DNA from: Sporopachydermia quercuum
Taxonomy: Eukaryota
Assembly: GCA_001599295.1 (NCBI GenBank)
Contig: BCGN01000002.1
Coordinates: 1,364,001-1,428,000 of the forward strand
DNA length: 64,000 nt
Reading direction: 5' to 3'
The notes below the pieces were generated by a model. It had not been told where the DNA came from. It did no database searches and was given only the letters and a program-made list of their open reading frames with translations. The position numbers and the translations under genes are program-made. Numbering within the stretch: the first letter of the stretch is position 1; the number at the start of each line of letters is the position of its first letter. Of this stretch, positions 46,971 to 61,658 are shown piece by piece.

Positions 46971-47700
46971 TCACAACCTATCCCAGATGTAATTTGTTAT
47001 GAAGTAGTCACTGTATTTCTTGTCCATATTGAGAATATGCGATGTATCTTTATCTTTCGAACTAATAATTATTCTTTTTATCTCGTTTTCTTGCTCATCA
47101 AACGACACACCCAAATCCTTNTAAAGTTTTAGCCTGACTCTATAGATATAGTTAGTGGTTGAAATGATACGAAACAAATGGGGAATAACTCAATTTATTC
47201 TACTTACACCATAGAATCATTCATTTGTGATGTTGTAGATGCATATATATCTTCTTGTTCCAGAGTATGTAGCTCTTCTTTCAATTTAGCTATTGTTGAC
47301 TGTACAGTGCTATGACTACCTTCAAGCTCTGTTAATGTTTTAGCTAAAGAGAACTTTTGCTTATCTAATTCTAACAGTTCTTTTTCTCTTTCTTTGATTT
47401 CTGCAGAATTGTTGGATGACTCGTATGAAGCTTTAGTGAGCTCGAATTGTCTGGAGAGATCTATAAGTTGTTTGTTAGTTTCATTCAATCATTGCTGAAG
47501 TCTTACACCCTAATTATGTGCGATATTCTTAAATGATACATACTCCTCAATGCTTCCTGTGACTCGTCTAGTTTCTCAGACTGCTTTAGTTTCAACAACT
47601 TAAGACTTTCTTGTATTCTATCGAGAGTTTGCAAGTCGCCTTGTATCTGAAAACTATCCATTGTAGTTCTAAGCAAGAATGAAGCGTCACCGTTTTGCAT
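46971..47700 (-). CDS. SPC24: Ndc80-complex kinetochore subunit Spc24; exons 47700-47544, 47460-47208, 47139-46971
   Basis: Coiled coil followed by LKLXKDLGV..LNMDKKYSDYFITNYIWDRL; introns GTATGT..AACTAAC..TAG and GTAAGT..CACTAAC..TAG restore the frame. Confidence 0.88.
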
Positions 47701-48281
47701 CTTGAAATAGTGTAAATTTGTTTGAGGCTTTGTTTGTTCTTTCAATCTAAATATCAAATCCTATGATATTTCAATGCCTTTCATTGATGTTGAACTGTAG
47801 AAGTATTTGAGTACGAATAGGTATGAGTAAACGTAGGATTCTGTTCAACCAAAGCTGAGACGTAGAGAGTTGATACAACGTTATGACAATCAAATGTTGA
47901 GAAATAGCCAAGAAATTTTAGATCAATTTTATTTTTNATAATAGGTGATGATACCTGTTTTGTTTATTTCTATACCTTTTGGGCAATTCAATATGAGCAA
48001 ACTATGGAACATGCACCAAGTGCGTTGNATGCAGATGTATGCATATTTATTGCAGCGTTAGGCCAGCAGAAAATTGTCAACCTCCGGTCTTCTTCCATTC
48101 CATAATAAATGATCAGGTGTTCAACATGAGAAATAGACCAGTGCAAAAGCGAGCGATAAACTTCTGCTGATCTCATGAACCAGTCGAATGAGTTTGCTGT
48201 GCTAAGGATCGTTGTATTGCCGATATTGACAAAGATTAGAAAGAGCTGGAATTATAATAACCTTTGATATTCGTTTTCATC

Positions 48282-48697
48282 ATGTCCAACAACGCTGTTA
48301 GTTCACACAATGCTAAGTTACCTGTATGGGTTCTTACTCCAAATGAGGAGAAAACCGTTGTCGAGAGACTTATGAAGAGAGCTAGGGAAGTCTGTGATAA
48401 GGATGTTTATGGTATGTAACTCATTGCTTGAGAGGTTTGAAGTGGGAATTTCCCTCAAGGAGGACAACGTGATGCCTAGTATTGGAGTTTACTAATTATA
48501 CGAATAAAGCTTTTGTTGAGTGCACGAAAACTGGTTTCATGCTCACCACAGGATTCAGATGCAAAGAGCTGAATATCAAAATGAAAGATTGCTTGAGACA
48601 GTTTGATAAACCAGAGTTGCTTGATGAAGAAAGAAATATATATATTCAAGAGAAAGCTGAAAGACTGAAAAAGTTACGACAGGAGACTGAAAAATGA
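48282..48697 (+). CDS. CMC1: Twin CX9C COX assembly factor; exons 48282-48411, 48510-48697
   Basis: LPVWVLTPNEE..CDKDVYAFVEC..CKELNIKMKDC; intron GTATGT..TACTAAT..AAG. Confidence 0.88.
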
Positions 48698-50668
48698 AAC
48701 TAAAAGATGGACAAAGAAGTTGTAATAATATTACAGCTCAACAATATCTTAATGCAATTTCAAACAATAGTTTACAGAAAACAATCAAACATGTACATAG
48801 TGTTCAACAAAAATTCCTTAATTTTTTTCAATCTTTNTGTTTCGTTCTTGTTTGAAGGCAGAATTGTAGTCGATCCTACATAACATTTGGTAGAACAGAT
48901 CCGCCAATAATTANGAGGGAGTCAAAATTTTACTTTTAGCATCATAATCAAGTTGAATGCCTCTNGTTTAGAAAGTTCAATCAAGGAACTCCTGCGATTT
49001 TAAGTCATGACGTATCGTATTTGCTTTATCGGGATTTGGTCTACTCTTCTTGAGTGTATCCTTCAATAGCATTCTTCTTACAAGGAAACAACTTTGAATA
49101 ACTTAGAGCTACTTAATATTTGATACCATTGTTGAAAAAGTTACACACAAGCCGCTAATCNAGTAGTCAATCTTGATACTGTAGGTAGAACTGCTCCAAT
49201 TATAAAAAATCACCACATTATGGTAGGTCTTCCCGATAAACACAACATTATGATATCTGATTNCAAGTGAGAGCAGNCAGCTTTTTAACAACTATCTTCA
49301 TTNTGCAAAAATCAATGAAACTAGTATCTCATTTAATGAACGACTTCTCTCTTTTAATTTCATTCAATAGCTATCGTATTCTTTCCCCATACTTGTGAGC
49401 TCACTATTAAGTNTAATCTCATCTGACTATTGCTTAAATAAAGATTCTTGTTATAATTCTATACGAGGCAAATCTAAGCACAAAAACCTAATTGCCCAGA
49501 GTGTGATTGAGAGTGTGATTGTGTACATTTCTGCTTCATTTAATAAGGAATATAGGTGTAATNAGAATAAAAAGATAGGCTTGTTCCCCGCTGCAAGGGG
49601 ATATTTCTGACGGTCATGGCCATATTTCATCCAAGGTTAAATACTACAGGAGGTGGATAAAACAATTAAAGATAAAATAGATAAATTTCCTAAGGCTTTT
49701 GAGAAATCAGCGGATTGAATTGATAGATATATACTGCTTTGTCNAATATGTAATAGATCGTAGCACTTTTCTCAACCAGATCAACTGCAGAAACTAATAC
49801 GAGCGTCTCATCTTGTAAGATGCTCANGCTACAAATTCAAACAACGCTTGAGAGCTATTGAATGTCTCTTCAACTTTCTAACTACTAAGATTGATTGTTN
49901 TGGCAATAGATAAAGAGGCAAATCTCTATACTTTGTTTACAGGGTAGNGTAGAGAATTCTAGTTTGGCCGATAAACCTCATAATACCTAAACATTAGTCT
50001 GGGCTCCAGATCTCGTATTCTCCTTAGATTTCCGTTCTATCACCTTTTTTCTNAAATTATTGAATGGGAGGTCTGAGATGGAAGAATATCCACCNTAGGA
50101 CACTACACTTAATGCTCTTCATTAGTTAAGAATAGACTCATGGTCGAAAATATTGATAATAGAAAATAGTTCAAACAGTTTCTAGTTTCTTTGGTCGAGA
50201 AATTGCTAAATAAACAATCACAATCAGAAATATCAGTTTATAAAGGAGAATTATCGAAATAGGATATTATTCTGNTAATAGCTTCCATATNAATTACAGT
50301 TAATAGAATTCAGCCGGTAAATTGAAATAAAAAAAAAACCGTTAAAGAATTAAAGTTTGATCAGTTTGTTATCTAAAAGATCAGTAAAAGACCAGTGGAA
50401 AACTTTGTGGAAAATCTCGCAACTTCGGGGAGTCTCCATTTCTGTACGTGATCTNTTTATAGTTTTGTTTCAATGAGACTTTGGAAGAGCCTGGTTTTAT
50501 ACCGAAATGAGTAATATTTTGTTACAGGCAGGTTTCTTTGGTATGCTTGATGTTGGAATATTTCATTTTAACTTTCCATGAGATGATGAATCTATTATTA
50601 TGACATGAACATAATCTCTGTTTTACAATCACTTCTATCATAGCGAAGGAATCCAAGTAGCTAATATT

Positions 50669-52951
50669 TGTTGGGGAGATGAGAAGAGGTACAACAACTA
50701 TCATAGAAAAGCCATCGCGGGGNTGACTACGATTACGAAAAACGAGCGAATACTAAAGACCTGTTCTAAGGCCGGTATCGGATCCAGTATATAGTTTGTG
50801 TGTGTGTATATTTTGTTACGGACATTTCAATTTTGATTTTATTGCCTTGCTGAAAACGCTCCGTAAGACAACTCTGAATGAAGTCAGTTATTTTTTAATA
50901 TTTTTCATCAATATGGCAATAGCTACGAAGTATACCAAAATTTTCATGCAAAACTTAATATCTCAACGTTCATGTTTTTCTTTCAAGAACGTGGATGCTA
51001 AAAATACCACCATATAGATCGACTACACTTGCTATTCATTCATTATAGTCCATCTTTCATACCTTCGAACTCTGTCATCTGCCAGGAACGGCTTTTGAAA
51101 ATTTCACTAAACATTTCAGCAGTTCCCACTTTATCCATATTTATAGCTTCTAAGTCATCNTTGGAGAATAGAATAAAAAGATCTCATTNAACCANTTCTA
51201 ACAGTTAATGCTCTTTTTATCTATAAGATCAATTAGAAGCTTAACTGAAACATGTCCGGAACTTTAAGCATTTCTTAGCCCAGAAGGCTTGGCGAGTTGA
51301 GAGTATGACTGAAAACATCGACAAGATCGGCAACGACAATAAGAACATGAGAACTTTACTGGATTGTGAATCAGAATTATTCCAGTTCTATACAGGTCAT
51401 TGAACTGGAAAAAAGTCGGACCGACAATTAACTGATTGATCAATGATGGAATCAGATAGGTTGAGGTCCTTCTGGGTAGAACAATTTTGACAGTCATAAA
51501 AACAATGCAGGTTACGAGAACAGAAAATGGGAAAAATCATGACTATGATGGGCCAAACGGTGAAAAACTTAAGGACCTTTTAAGTTACAGACTCTCTTCT
51601 ATAATTATTTCATGAAGAGTCCTACAAGGCAATTGAGGAAGACCGGTTCCCAGGTTTACCATTTTCTTCCATTTGGATTATGGCAGGGTCTAACGAAAAT
51701 CAAGAGTCTACTAACTCAACCTTAACCGGTATTAATCATAACTAAAGAAACTTTATGTCGACTATGCAATCGCCAGATTTTTCGGGATAATTATCGAGAA
51801 GATCAATAGAAGATCTTGGTTGAATAGTCGACTATTTTTGAAAAGACTTGCTTAATTGGGATAGATGAAGAAGAGGGAAACGCGATTAAAAGTATTGTTT
51901 TAGCTTAGGGTGTGAAATCACATACCTATTATCGGATTCGGAACCATATTAACGAAACGTCTCCGGAACCGATTTGAAGACGGGGCTTGTTCATGCTCGT
52001 TCAGTGTATTTGGATTTTTCTCATTCTCAAATCTCTATTATTAGTCACATCTCTCGTTCATCGGTTATTCTATTGTCAGAAGGCTTATGTTACTGTCCCA
52101 ATCAAACACTGTAAATGAAAAAATGTAAGCTGAGTGGAATTCAAACTGGTTAATGCACTTTCCTCATACAGAGGAAGAGAGACAAGAACAGACATTTCAT
52201 TTTACATCATCGTATTCTTATGGTAATAATGTAGCAGAAACATGAACCATATACTGCAAGAGAAATCATTCTTTTAACAGTCAACTGTTTGAATAATTCT
52301 TAGTAAGCATTGAATAGCAAACATATAATCTCATCTTCAGCTCATTAATCCACTTAACTTGGCCTCTAATTATTCACTGNACTAACTCACTTCACATGCA
52401 TATTCAAATTGGCATATAACAGTCATTGATCTACGTTAAATCTCGTCTTACAACATCTTCACTCTAACTGTTTAATATATATTTCGCTATCAGCAAACGA
52501 ACATCTCTGCTGCCACCATGATGATATTCTTGAGTCCTTCCACCGGTTTTCCCCTAACTGTCCAGTTTCTTCCATTGGATAGATTCTTGAATTTTCACCT
52601 TTCGGACAGCATTCTCACTTTAACACTTTATCTAAACCATCAGCAAGCCAAACATAAATTAAACTTGAACCTTATTCCTAATAAAAGGGTCTGTATACTA
52701 CACATTTATTATTCTTCCTGTTCTGGCAGCTTCCGCAACTACAAAAGTTTTATCTGATCAATCAGTGAGTAAGTACATGTTTAAATCCAGTTGTAAACCT
52801 TAATCTCACTGCTCATACTCTTAATCCCAAACTTAACTGTTACCCAATTATTCCTTGTCCGGGAAGTTCTTTTCCCAGGTTTTACACATTATTTTTGAAT
52901 CTTGGCTATTTTCTCTCTTGTTTTCATTACACAAACCAATCTTTCACTTTC
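50669..52951. repeat. Copy 1 of a 2.28-kb direct duplication ending at the scaffold gap
   Basis: Near-identical to 53052-55335; the ORF track shows the same three small ORFs twice. Confidence 0.95.
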
Positions 52952-53051
52952 NNNNNNNNNNNNNNNNNNNNNNNNNNNNNNNNNNNNNNNNNNNNNNNNN
53001 NNNNNNNNNNNNNNNNNNNNNNNNNNNNNNNNNNNNNNNNNNNNNNNNNNN
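52952..53051. other. 100-N scaffold gap
   Basis: Run of exactly 100 N. Confidence 0.99.
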
Positions 53052-55335
53052 TGTTGGGGAGATGAGAAGAGGTACAACAACTATCATAGAAAAGCCATCG
53101 CGGGGGTGACTACGATTACGAAAAACGAGCGAATACTGAAGACCTGTTCTAAGGCCGGTATCGGATCCAGTATATAGTTTGTGTGTGTGTATATTTTGTT
53201 ACGGACATTTCAATTTTGATTTTATTGCCTTGCTGAAAACGCTCCGTAAGACAACTCTGAATGAAGTCAGTTATTTTTTAATATTTTTCATCAATATGGC
53301 AATAGCTACGAAGTATACCAAAATTTTCATGCAAAACTTAATATCTCAACGTTCATGTTTTTCTTTCAAGAACGTGGATGCTAAAAATACCACCATATAG
53401 ATCGACTACACTTGCTATTCATTCATTATAGTCCATCTTTCATACCTTCGAACTCTGTCATCTGCCAGGAACGGCTTTTGAAAATTTCACTAAACATTTC
53501 AGCAGTTCCCACTTTATCCATATTTATAGCTTCTAAGTCATCNTTGGAGAATAGAATAAAAAGATCTCATTNAACCANTTCTAACAGTTAATGCTCTTTT
53601 TATCTATAAGATCAATTAGAAGCTTAACTGAAACATGTCCGGAACTTTAAGCATTTCTTAGCCCAGAAGGCTTGGCGAGTTGAGAGTATGACTGAAAACA
53701 TCGACAAGATCGGCAACGACAATAAGAACATGAGAACTTTACTGGATTGTGAATCAGAATTATTCCAGTTCTATACAGGTCATTGAACTGGAAAAAAGTC
53801 GGACCGACAATTAACTGATTGATCAATGATGGAATCAGATAGGTTGAGGTCCTTCTGGGTAGAACAATTTTGACAGTCATAAAAACAATGCAGGTTACGA
53901 GAACAGAAAATGGGAAAAATCATGACTATGATGGGCCAAACGGTGAAAAACTTAAGGACCTTTTAAGTTACAGACTCTCTTCTATAATTATTTCATGAAG
54001 AGTCCTACAAGGCAATTGAGGAAGACCGGTTCCCAGGTTTACCATTTTCTTCCATTTGGATTATGGCAGGGTCTAACGAAAATCAAGAGTCTACTAACTC
54101 AACCTTAACCGGTATTAATCATAACTAAAGAAACTTTATGTCGACTATGCAATCGCCAGTTTTTTTCGGGATAATTATCGAGAAGATCAATAGAAGATCT
54201 TGGTTGAATAGTCGACTATTTTTGAAAAGACTTGCTTAATTGGGATAGATGAAGAAGAGGGAAACGCGATTAAAAGTATTGTTTTAGCTTAGGGTGTGAA
54301 ATCACATACCTATTATCGGATTCGGAACCATATTAACGAAACGTCTCCGGAACCGATTTGAAGACGGGGCTTGTTCATGCTCGTTCAGTGTATTTGGATT
54401 TTTCTCATTCTCAAATCTCTATTATTAGTCACATCTCTCGTTCATCGGTTATTCTATTGTCAGAAGGCTTATGTTACTGTCCCAATCAAACACTGTAAAT
54501 GAAAAAATGTAAGCTGAGTGGAATTCAAACTGGTTAATGCACTTTCCTCATACAGAGGAAGAGAGACAAGAACAGACATTTCATTTTACATCATCGTATT
54601 CTTATGGTAATAATGTAGCAGAAACATGAACCATATACTGCAAGAGAAATCATTCTTTTAACAGTCAACTGTTTGAATAATTCTTAGTAAGCATTGAATA
54701 GCAAACATATAATCTCATCTTCAGCTCATTAATCCACTTAACTTGGCCTCTAATTATTCACTGNACTAACTCACTTCACATGCATATTCAAATTGGCATA
54801 TAACAGTCATTGATCTACGTTAAATCTCGTCTTACAACATCTTCACTCTAACTGTTTAATATATATTTCGCTATCAGCAAACGAACATCTCTGCTGCCAC
54901 CATGATGATATTCTTGAGTCCTTCCACCGGTTTTCCCCTAACTGTCCAGTTTCTTCCATTGGATAGATTCTTGAATTTTCACCTTTCGGACAGCATTCTC
55001 ACTTTAACACTTTATCTAAACCATCAGCAAGCCAAACATAAATTAAACTTGAACCTTATTCCTAATAAAAGGGTCTGTATACTACACATTTATTATTCTT
55101 CCTGTTCTGGCAGCTTCCGCAACTACAAAAGTTTTATCTGATCAATCAGTTAGTAAGTACATGTTTAAATCCAGCTGTAAACCTTAATCTCACTGCTCAT
55201 ACTCTTAATCCCAAACTTAACTGTTACCCAATTATTCCTCGTCCGGGAAGTTCTTTTCCCAGGTTTTACACATTATTTTTGAATCTTGGCTATTTTCTCT
55301 CTTGTTTTCATTACACAAACCAATCTTTCACTTTC
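53052..55335. repeat. Copy 2 of the 2.28-kb direct duplication, starting at the scaffold gap
   Basis: Differs from copy 1 at about 5 sites, including a 1-nt indel near 54160. Confidence 0.95.
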
Positions 55336-55901
55336 ACTTCGCTGAAAATTTTATTCTTAAAACTTCTTGATGTTTGNTACTTGATGTTTGAATGTTCATG
55401 ATAGATTTGCTAGCGATTAAGATCTCGGTGGAAGTACCTATTGATGTCAATTCGTAAGATTAACTGCAAAGAAATCCTCTGCTAGTTGGATATTTAGACG
55501 ACATCTCAGTAAAGGTTGTTGCACACATACATACATATATACATACAGAATTGCAGTAGAGACCGGATTTCTCCATCGACGTCGGAAAGGCAAAGAAANA
55601 AANAAATAAAGCAACCAAATAGAAAAACTAGTATCAGAGAAGAAATTGCAACNGTTAATCAATTTTATCACTTGTAATTGAATCTAATGATAATAAATCT
55701 AAATACAAGGTAGATAGGATAGTTTATTCAACTAGTATTTAAATCAAACAACTTTCATCAGAAAACGGGAATCAANTTTTTACTGATTTAATCTGATNTA
55801 TCGAGATACAAGGCAAACAGAACTAAACCGAACCGTATAAAAAAGGGATTGAGATTCGACTGTTGATACTTCTTGATTAATAGTTGGTAATTATTTTCAA
55901 C

Positions 55902-57728
<1,827 letters not shown>

Positions 57729-57870
57729 TTTTAATATTTTTCATGGTAAATATATGATGTTGTGAAGTTGATGTGAAGGTTATGGTAATGATTTGTTTTA
57801 TATTCTTCCTACTACAGCCTAGGTTGTATTAGTGTTTATGAGGTTTATGAGTATGTACAGGGTTTCTTTT

Positions 57871-57924
57871 CTTTTTCTTTTTCTTTTTCTTTTTCTTTTT
57901 CTTTTTCTTTTTCTTTTTCTTTTT
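57871..57924. repeat. (CTTTTT)9 microsatellite
   Basis: Directly visible hexamer repeat downstream of the zinc-finger gene. Confidence 0.95.
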
Positions 57925-59587
57925 ATTTCACTATTTATTTCGACAAACATCTTTTCATTCAAATTTATATTTTTGTATTCTATGTATATGTGTTTTACAA
58001 GACTTAATAAAGGACATGATACCAACTATAGAGAACGGATTGCTGTAGTATATAGTACCCAAGTATTTTTATTTGGTTTCCGATAGTACGTTTGTTATAG
58101 AATAATTGTTTTAGTTCATGACATGGATTAAATTACTCGGTATCTTCTCTATTCAGATAGGCTATCAGTTATATAACTGTAGATTTAATCTATGTTCACA
58201 AGTCATTCATATATTGCATCACAGCCTCTTCCATTCAAACAGTACTTATTTAATTGAAATTGACATTCATGATGATTCACAATGATTATGATTCATAATA
58301 ATCCTTCATAGTGAATCACTGTTCACTACAATTATCGAACANTATCAAAATGCCAATAATGTATTATTCTCTTTTACCCATTACACTCTTATTCACCTCT
58401 ACCATAATTCCGATCTCGGGTTTCAAACTTTGATCAATGGGCGAAATTCCCTAGTTAATATATGAGTTATTAATAATATAGGAAAACTTTTTCTTATATA
58501 TTTGAGTTTCCATNACTTAGAGCAAAACCTCGTTTCGGGTGGAAAATATAATCTTTAGAGAAATTCTTCCGAGGCATTGGTTTCTACATACCTTCTCCAG
58601 ATCCTCCATATCATCTAACGAGAGTATGGAGAAGCACTGATTATCGACTCAGTCGACAAGCCTCATAAACGATTCAACTTGAGTGGAATTCTACATGTCT
58701 TCACTTGTTCAGGCAAGTCTTTCTGTTTCATTTTAATTAATAACATACAATTCACTAACTACCAGTCTATTACCTTCACATATCATCTGTCATATTTCAT
58801 AAAGCCTCTTCCTTTTGAATACAATACATCACTGCTTTTCAATTAACAATACAAACTTTCCACGCACATAGTCAGTGAATGAGTAAAGGTTAATTCCTTC
58901 CAATACTTATAATGATTATTCCTTTTTTCCTTTCATTCAATTGCTCATTTCTTTCTCTTTTCCCTTTCGTGATAGACAAAAATTATATTGTATTCCAGAA
59001 ATTTAATAAAGTTTCGAGTTTTCAAGTTCCCGTATTAAAGTTTAAAATTTATCTGATCCATCAGTGAAATAGGTTTTGTGACTGTCCGGCATAACAGTAA
59101 ACAATTGAACGTCCGATTTACGAAAAGAGAGTAATTACTCGTGAGTCTCCTAAAATGGAATACCCNATGAAAAGAGTAAGTATTCCCGCCTNAACCTTAG
59201 ACTATGTGGAGAAAGAAATGCATAATAAAAGAGTTTTCAGTTACTGGATTGCCGGGGTTATTGAAAGGAATAATGGTGGAGATTTATGTNGATTTTGAAA
59301 GTGAGACCATAGAAATTATGAGCTGGTAAGGATAAGTCGTTAGAGATTTAGTTACGTTGTACTTGTGTATGGTGACATAATTGGTCTGAATTGATGTTGT
59401 GCACTCCCTGATGAATATATACTGGAGAATATGAGTATAGTATAGTGTATTGTTAAGTAGAATAAATACAACATGAAATGTATCCCGTATTATGTAATGA
59501 ATAAGAAAGTGAATAAGAAAGAGAAAATGAAAATGCTCCCAGGATTNTCTTCACCATGAGGAAAAACAAAACAAACTACATGAATGT

Positions 59588-61658
59588 TCATTGGTAATAT
59601 TGACCAGGAAACTGGTTGAATCCATACTGTTGGGGTACCGGTCCCATTTGATTCTGAGCTTGTGCTTGGGCCTGTATTTGCATCATTTGATTCATTGCCA
59701 ACTGGTTTTGATATTGAGCCTGCTGTGCTTGTTGCGCCTGTTGAGCTTGCTGATACTGTTGTACATTTTGGATTTTCTGCAGTTGGTTCAATGTAGCTTG
59801 ACTCTGATCAGGCTGAACTTGGGATTGAATGCTAGAACCACCAAATCCATATCCAGTTTGCTGGGAAGTCAATGCTTGTTGCTGTTGGTACCCAGTGACC
59901 GATGGCTGTAGAACCTGAGGATTATATCCTGTCGTNGATTGTTGTAGAAGTTGTTGCAGTGGCTGTTGGTTTTGATACCCAGTAATAGCAGGCTGTACAG
60001 CTTGTTGAGGTTGATATCCAGTTATAGTGGGTTGCATGCTTTGTGGAGGGCGAAATCCAGCGGTCGAAGATTGTAACTGTTGAGATTGAGGAAGCGTCAG
60101 CTGATAAACTTGACCAGGGTTGTTTAAATCCATATAATACTGATGAGCTGCTCCTGTAACTACTCCTGATGCAACATGGCCATACTGGGGCACACCTTGA
60201 ACTCCTGTTTGAGTTAACGATATCCCGTTTTGTGAAGTAGCAGCAATCTGACTCGAATTACCAGTAGCAGATGCTGAATTATTATTGCCCCACCAGTCAG
60301 AAGTTGAATCAGCCTCTTGACTCACCCCATTAGTCGTTGTTTTTCTCTTAGGTAATGGAGGCTTCTTTTCGCCGTTTCCACTATTACCGTTCTCTTGGTT
60401 ATGAACAAGGATTCTTACTGCGTCATTGATATTACCACGTGCGTACTCTAAAGCTTCAATAACATTATTGTAGTTAGTGAATCCCATTTCTTTAATATTC
60501 TTTGCTTGTTCGTGATATTCTCTTCTTTGACCTTCTGTTGGTTCCCTATTTGTCAGTACAGGAACAGCGTTAGAAGAGCGCCGAGATTTCCCATAACCAG
60601 TTCCGTGGCTAGTAACACTAACGTTTAATTTACTATTACTTCTAGATCTCCTATCATCGTTTAAACTATTAAGTGATGATTTACTGTCACTTCGCTTGAA
60701 GAATGATGAAACGGAGCTTCTGCCACTTCCAAACATTGATGGTCTTCTTCGTCTTTGATTATCAGAGTCATAACGTTCATCATCTCTGTCATCAATCTCT
60801 CGAAAAGCACCATCAACATATTTTTGAATTAAGTATCTTTCAATAGCTCTAGTGAAAATTGTTAGANTGCTTCCAATGCATAAGATTTTGAGCGCACACA
60901 ATTCAACCTTACAGTGCTGTCTGAGGGAATATATAATACTTACTGAGAATCTTCATCAAAGTATTCTCCTGGAAAAGGATGCTTTTTAGGATGAGGGTTC
61001 CATTTCCAATTGGACTTCCGATTTCCGATTTTTCTCATTCGCTAAAATTAATACAAACTTATTAGAATAACTTGATTTTTGTTTCACTATCAACGAGTTT
61101 CACTGACAATCAACAAACATGATTAGCACCACTATCAACTATCAAATGCTTACCTCAATCTGTTCAGGCGTCCAGTTGTCAATGCTGAGACTCTTTACTT
61201 TAGAGACATGGCTGCCCAATCTTTTATGAACTGAAGCACAACGGCCGCACAAGAAGATTCCAAGCTATAATTTACTGTTAATACTTTTACTCTTTGCTTA
61301 GATAGCTTGTCCCTTCAATCTCATTTTATGTAACGCCAAATGACACTCAATGCATCAATCAACAACGACAATTATTACTTACATTATAACTTGCCCATGC
61401 TATATACAAATGAATTCGGTTAGTTCTCAGTTTATAATTCATTCAATTAAAAGCACGTATAACACCTTCAATCCAATCATTTGGTTCTTTCCCTTGTAAC
61501 AAATACTTCCAAAGTACCAATCCAATGCAATTCGATCAGCAGAACAACAGTAACATACTTGGATAATTTGCTCCGCAATCAGCGCATCTATTATTTCCCT
61601 TTTCCTCTGAAATCTCTTTCAACTCCTCTTCTTGCTGAAGAAACATTCGTTTACTCAT
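59588..61658 (-). CDS. GTS1: ArfGAP-UBA-Q-rich protein, Gts1-like; exons 61658-61559, 61399-61383, 61264-61154, 61041-60944, 60848-59588
   Basis: Spliced GNNRCADCGANYP-TWASYN-LGIFLCGRCASVHKRLGSHVSKVKSLSIDNW; UBA-like KEMGF..EALEYARGNINDAVRIL; Q-rich tail. Confidence 0.85.

Noticed and set aside
47461..47543. In-frame TGA suggesting readthrough or pseudogenisation of SPC24
   Set aside because: The TGA lies inside intron 47543-47461; the spliced frame is open
47988..48176. 62-aa ORF or hairpin RNA between SPC24 and CMC1
   Set aside because: No recognisable motif and no ACA box after the GATCAG/CTGATC stem; likely a divergent promoter
50669..55335. LTR pair or centromeric inverted repeat
   Set aside because: The copies are direct, abut an N gap, have no TG..CA ends at both termini, and enclose no gag-pol
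57819..58086. (KR)n and (FL)n ORFs
   Set aside because: Products of the (CTTTTT)n microsatellite
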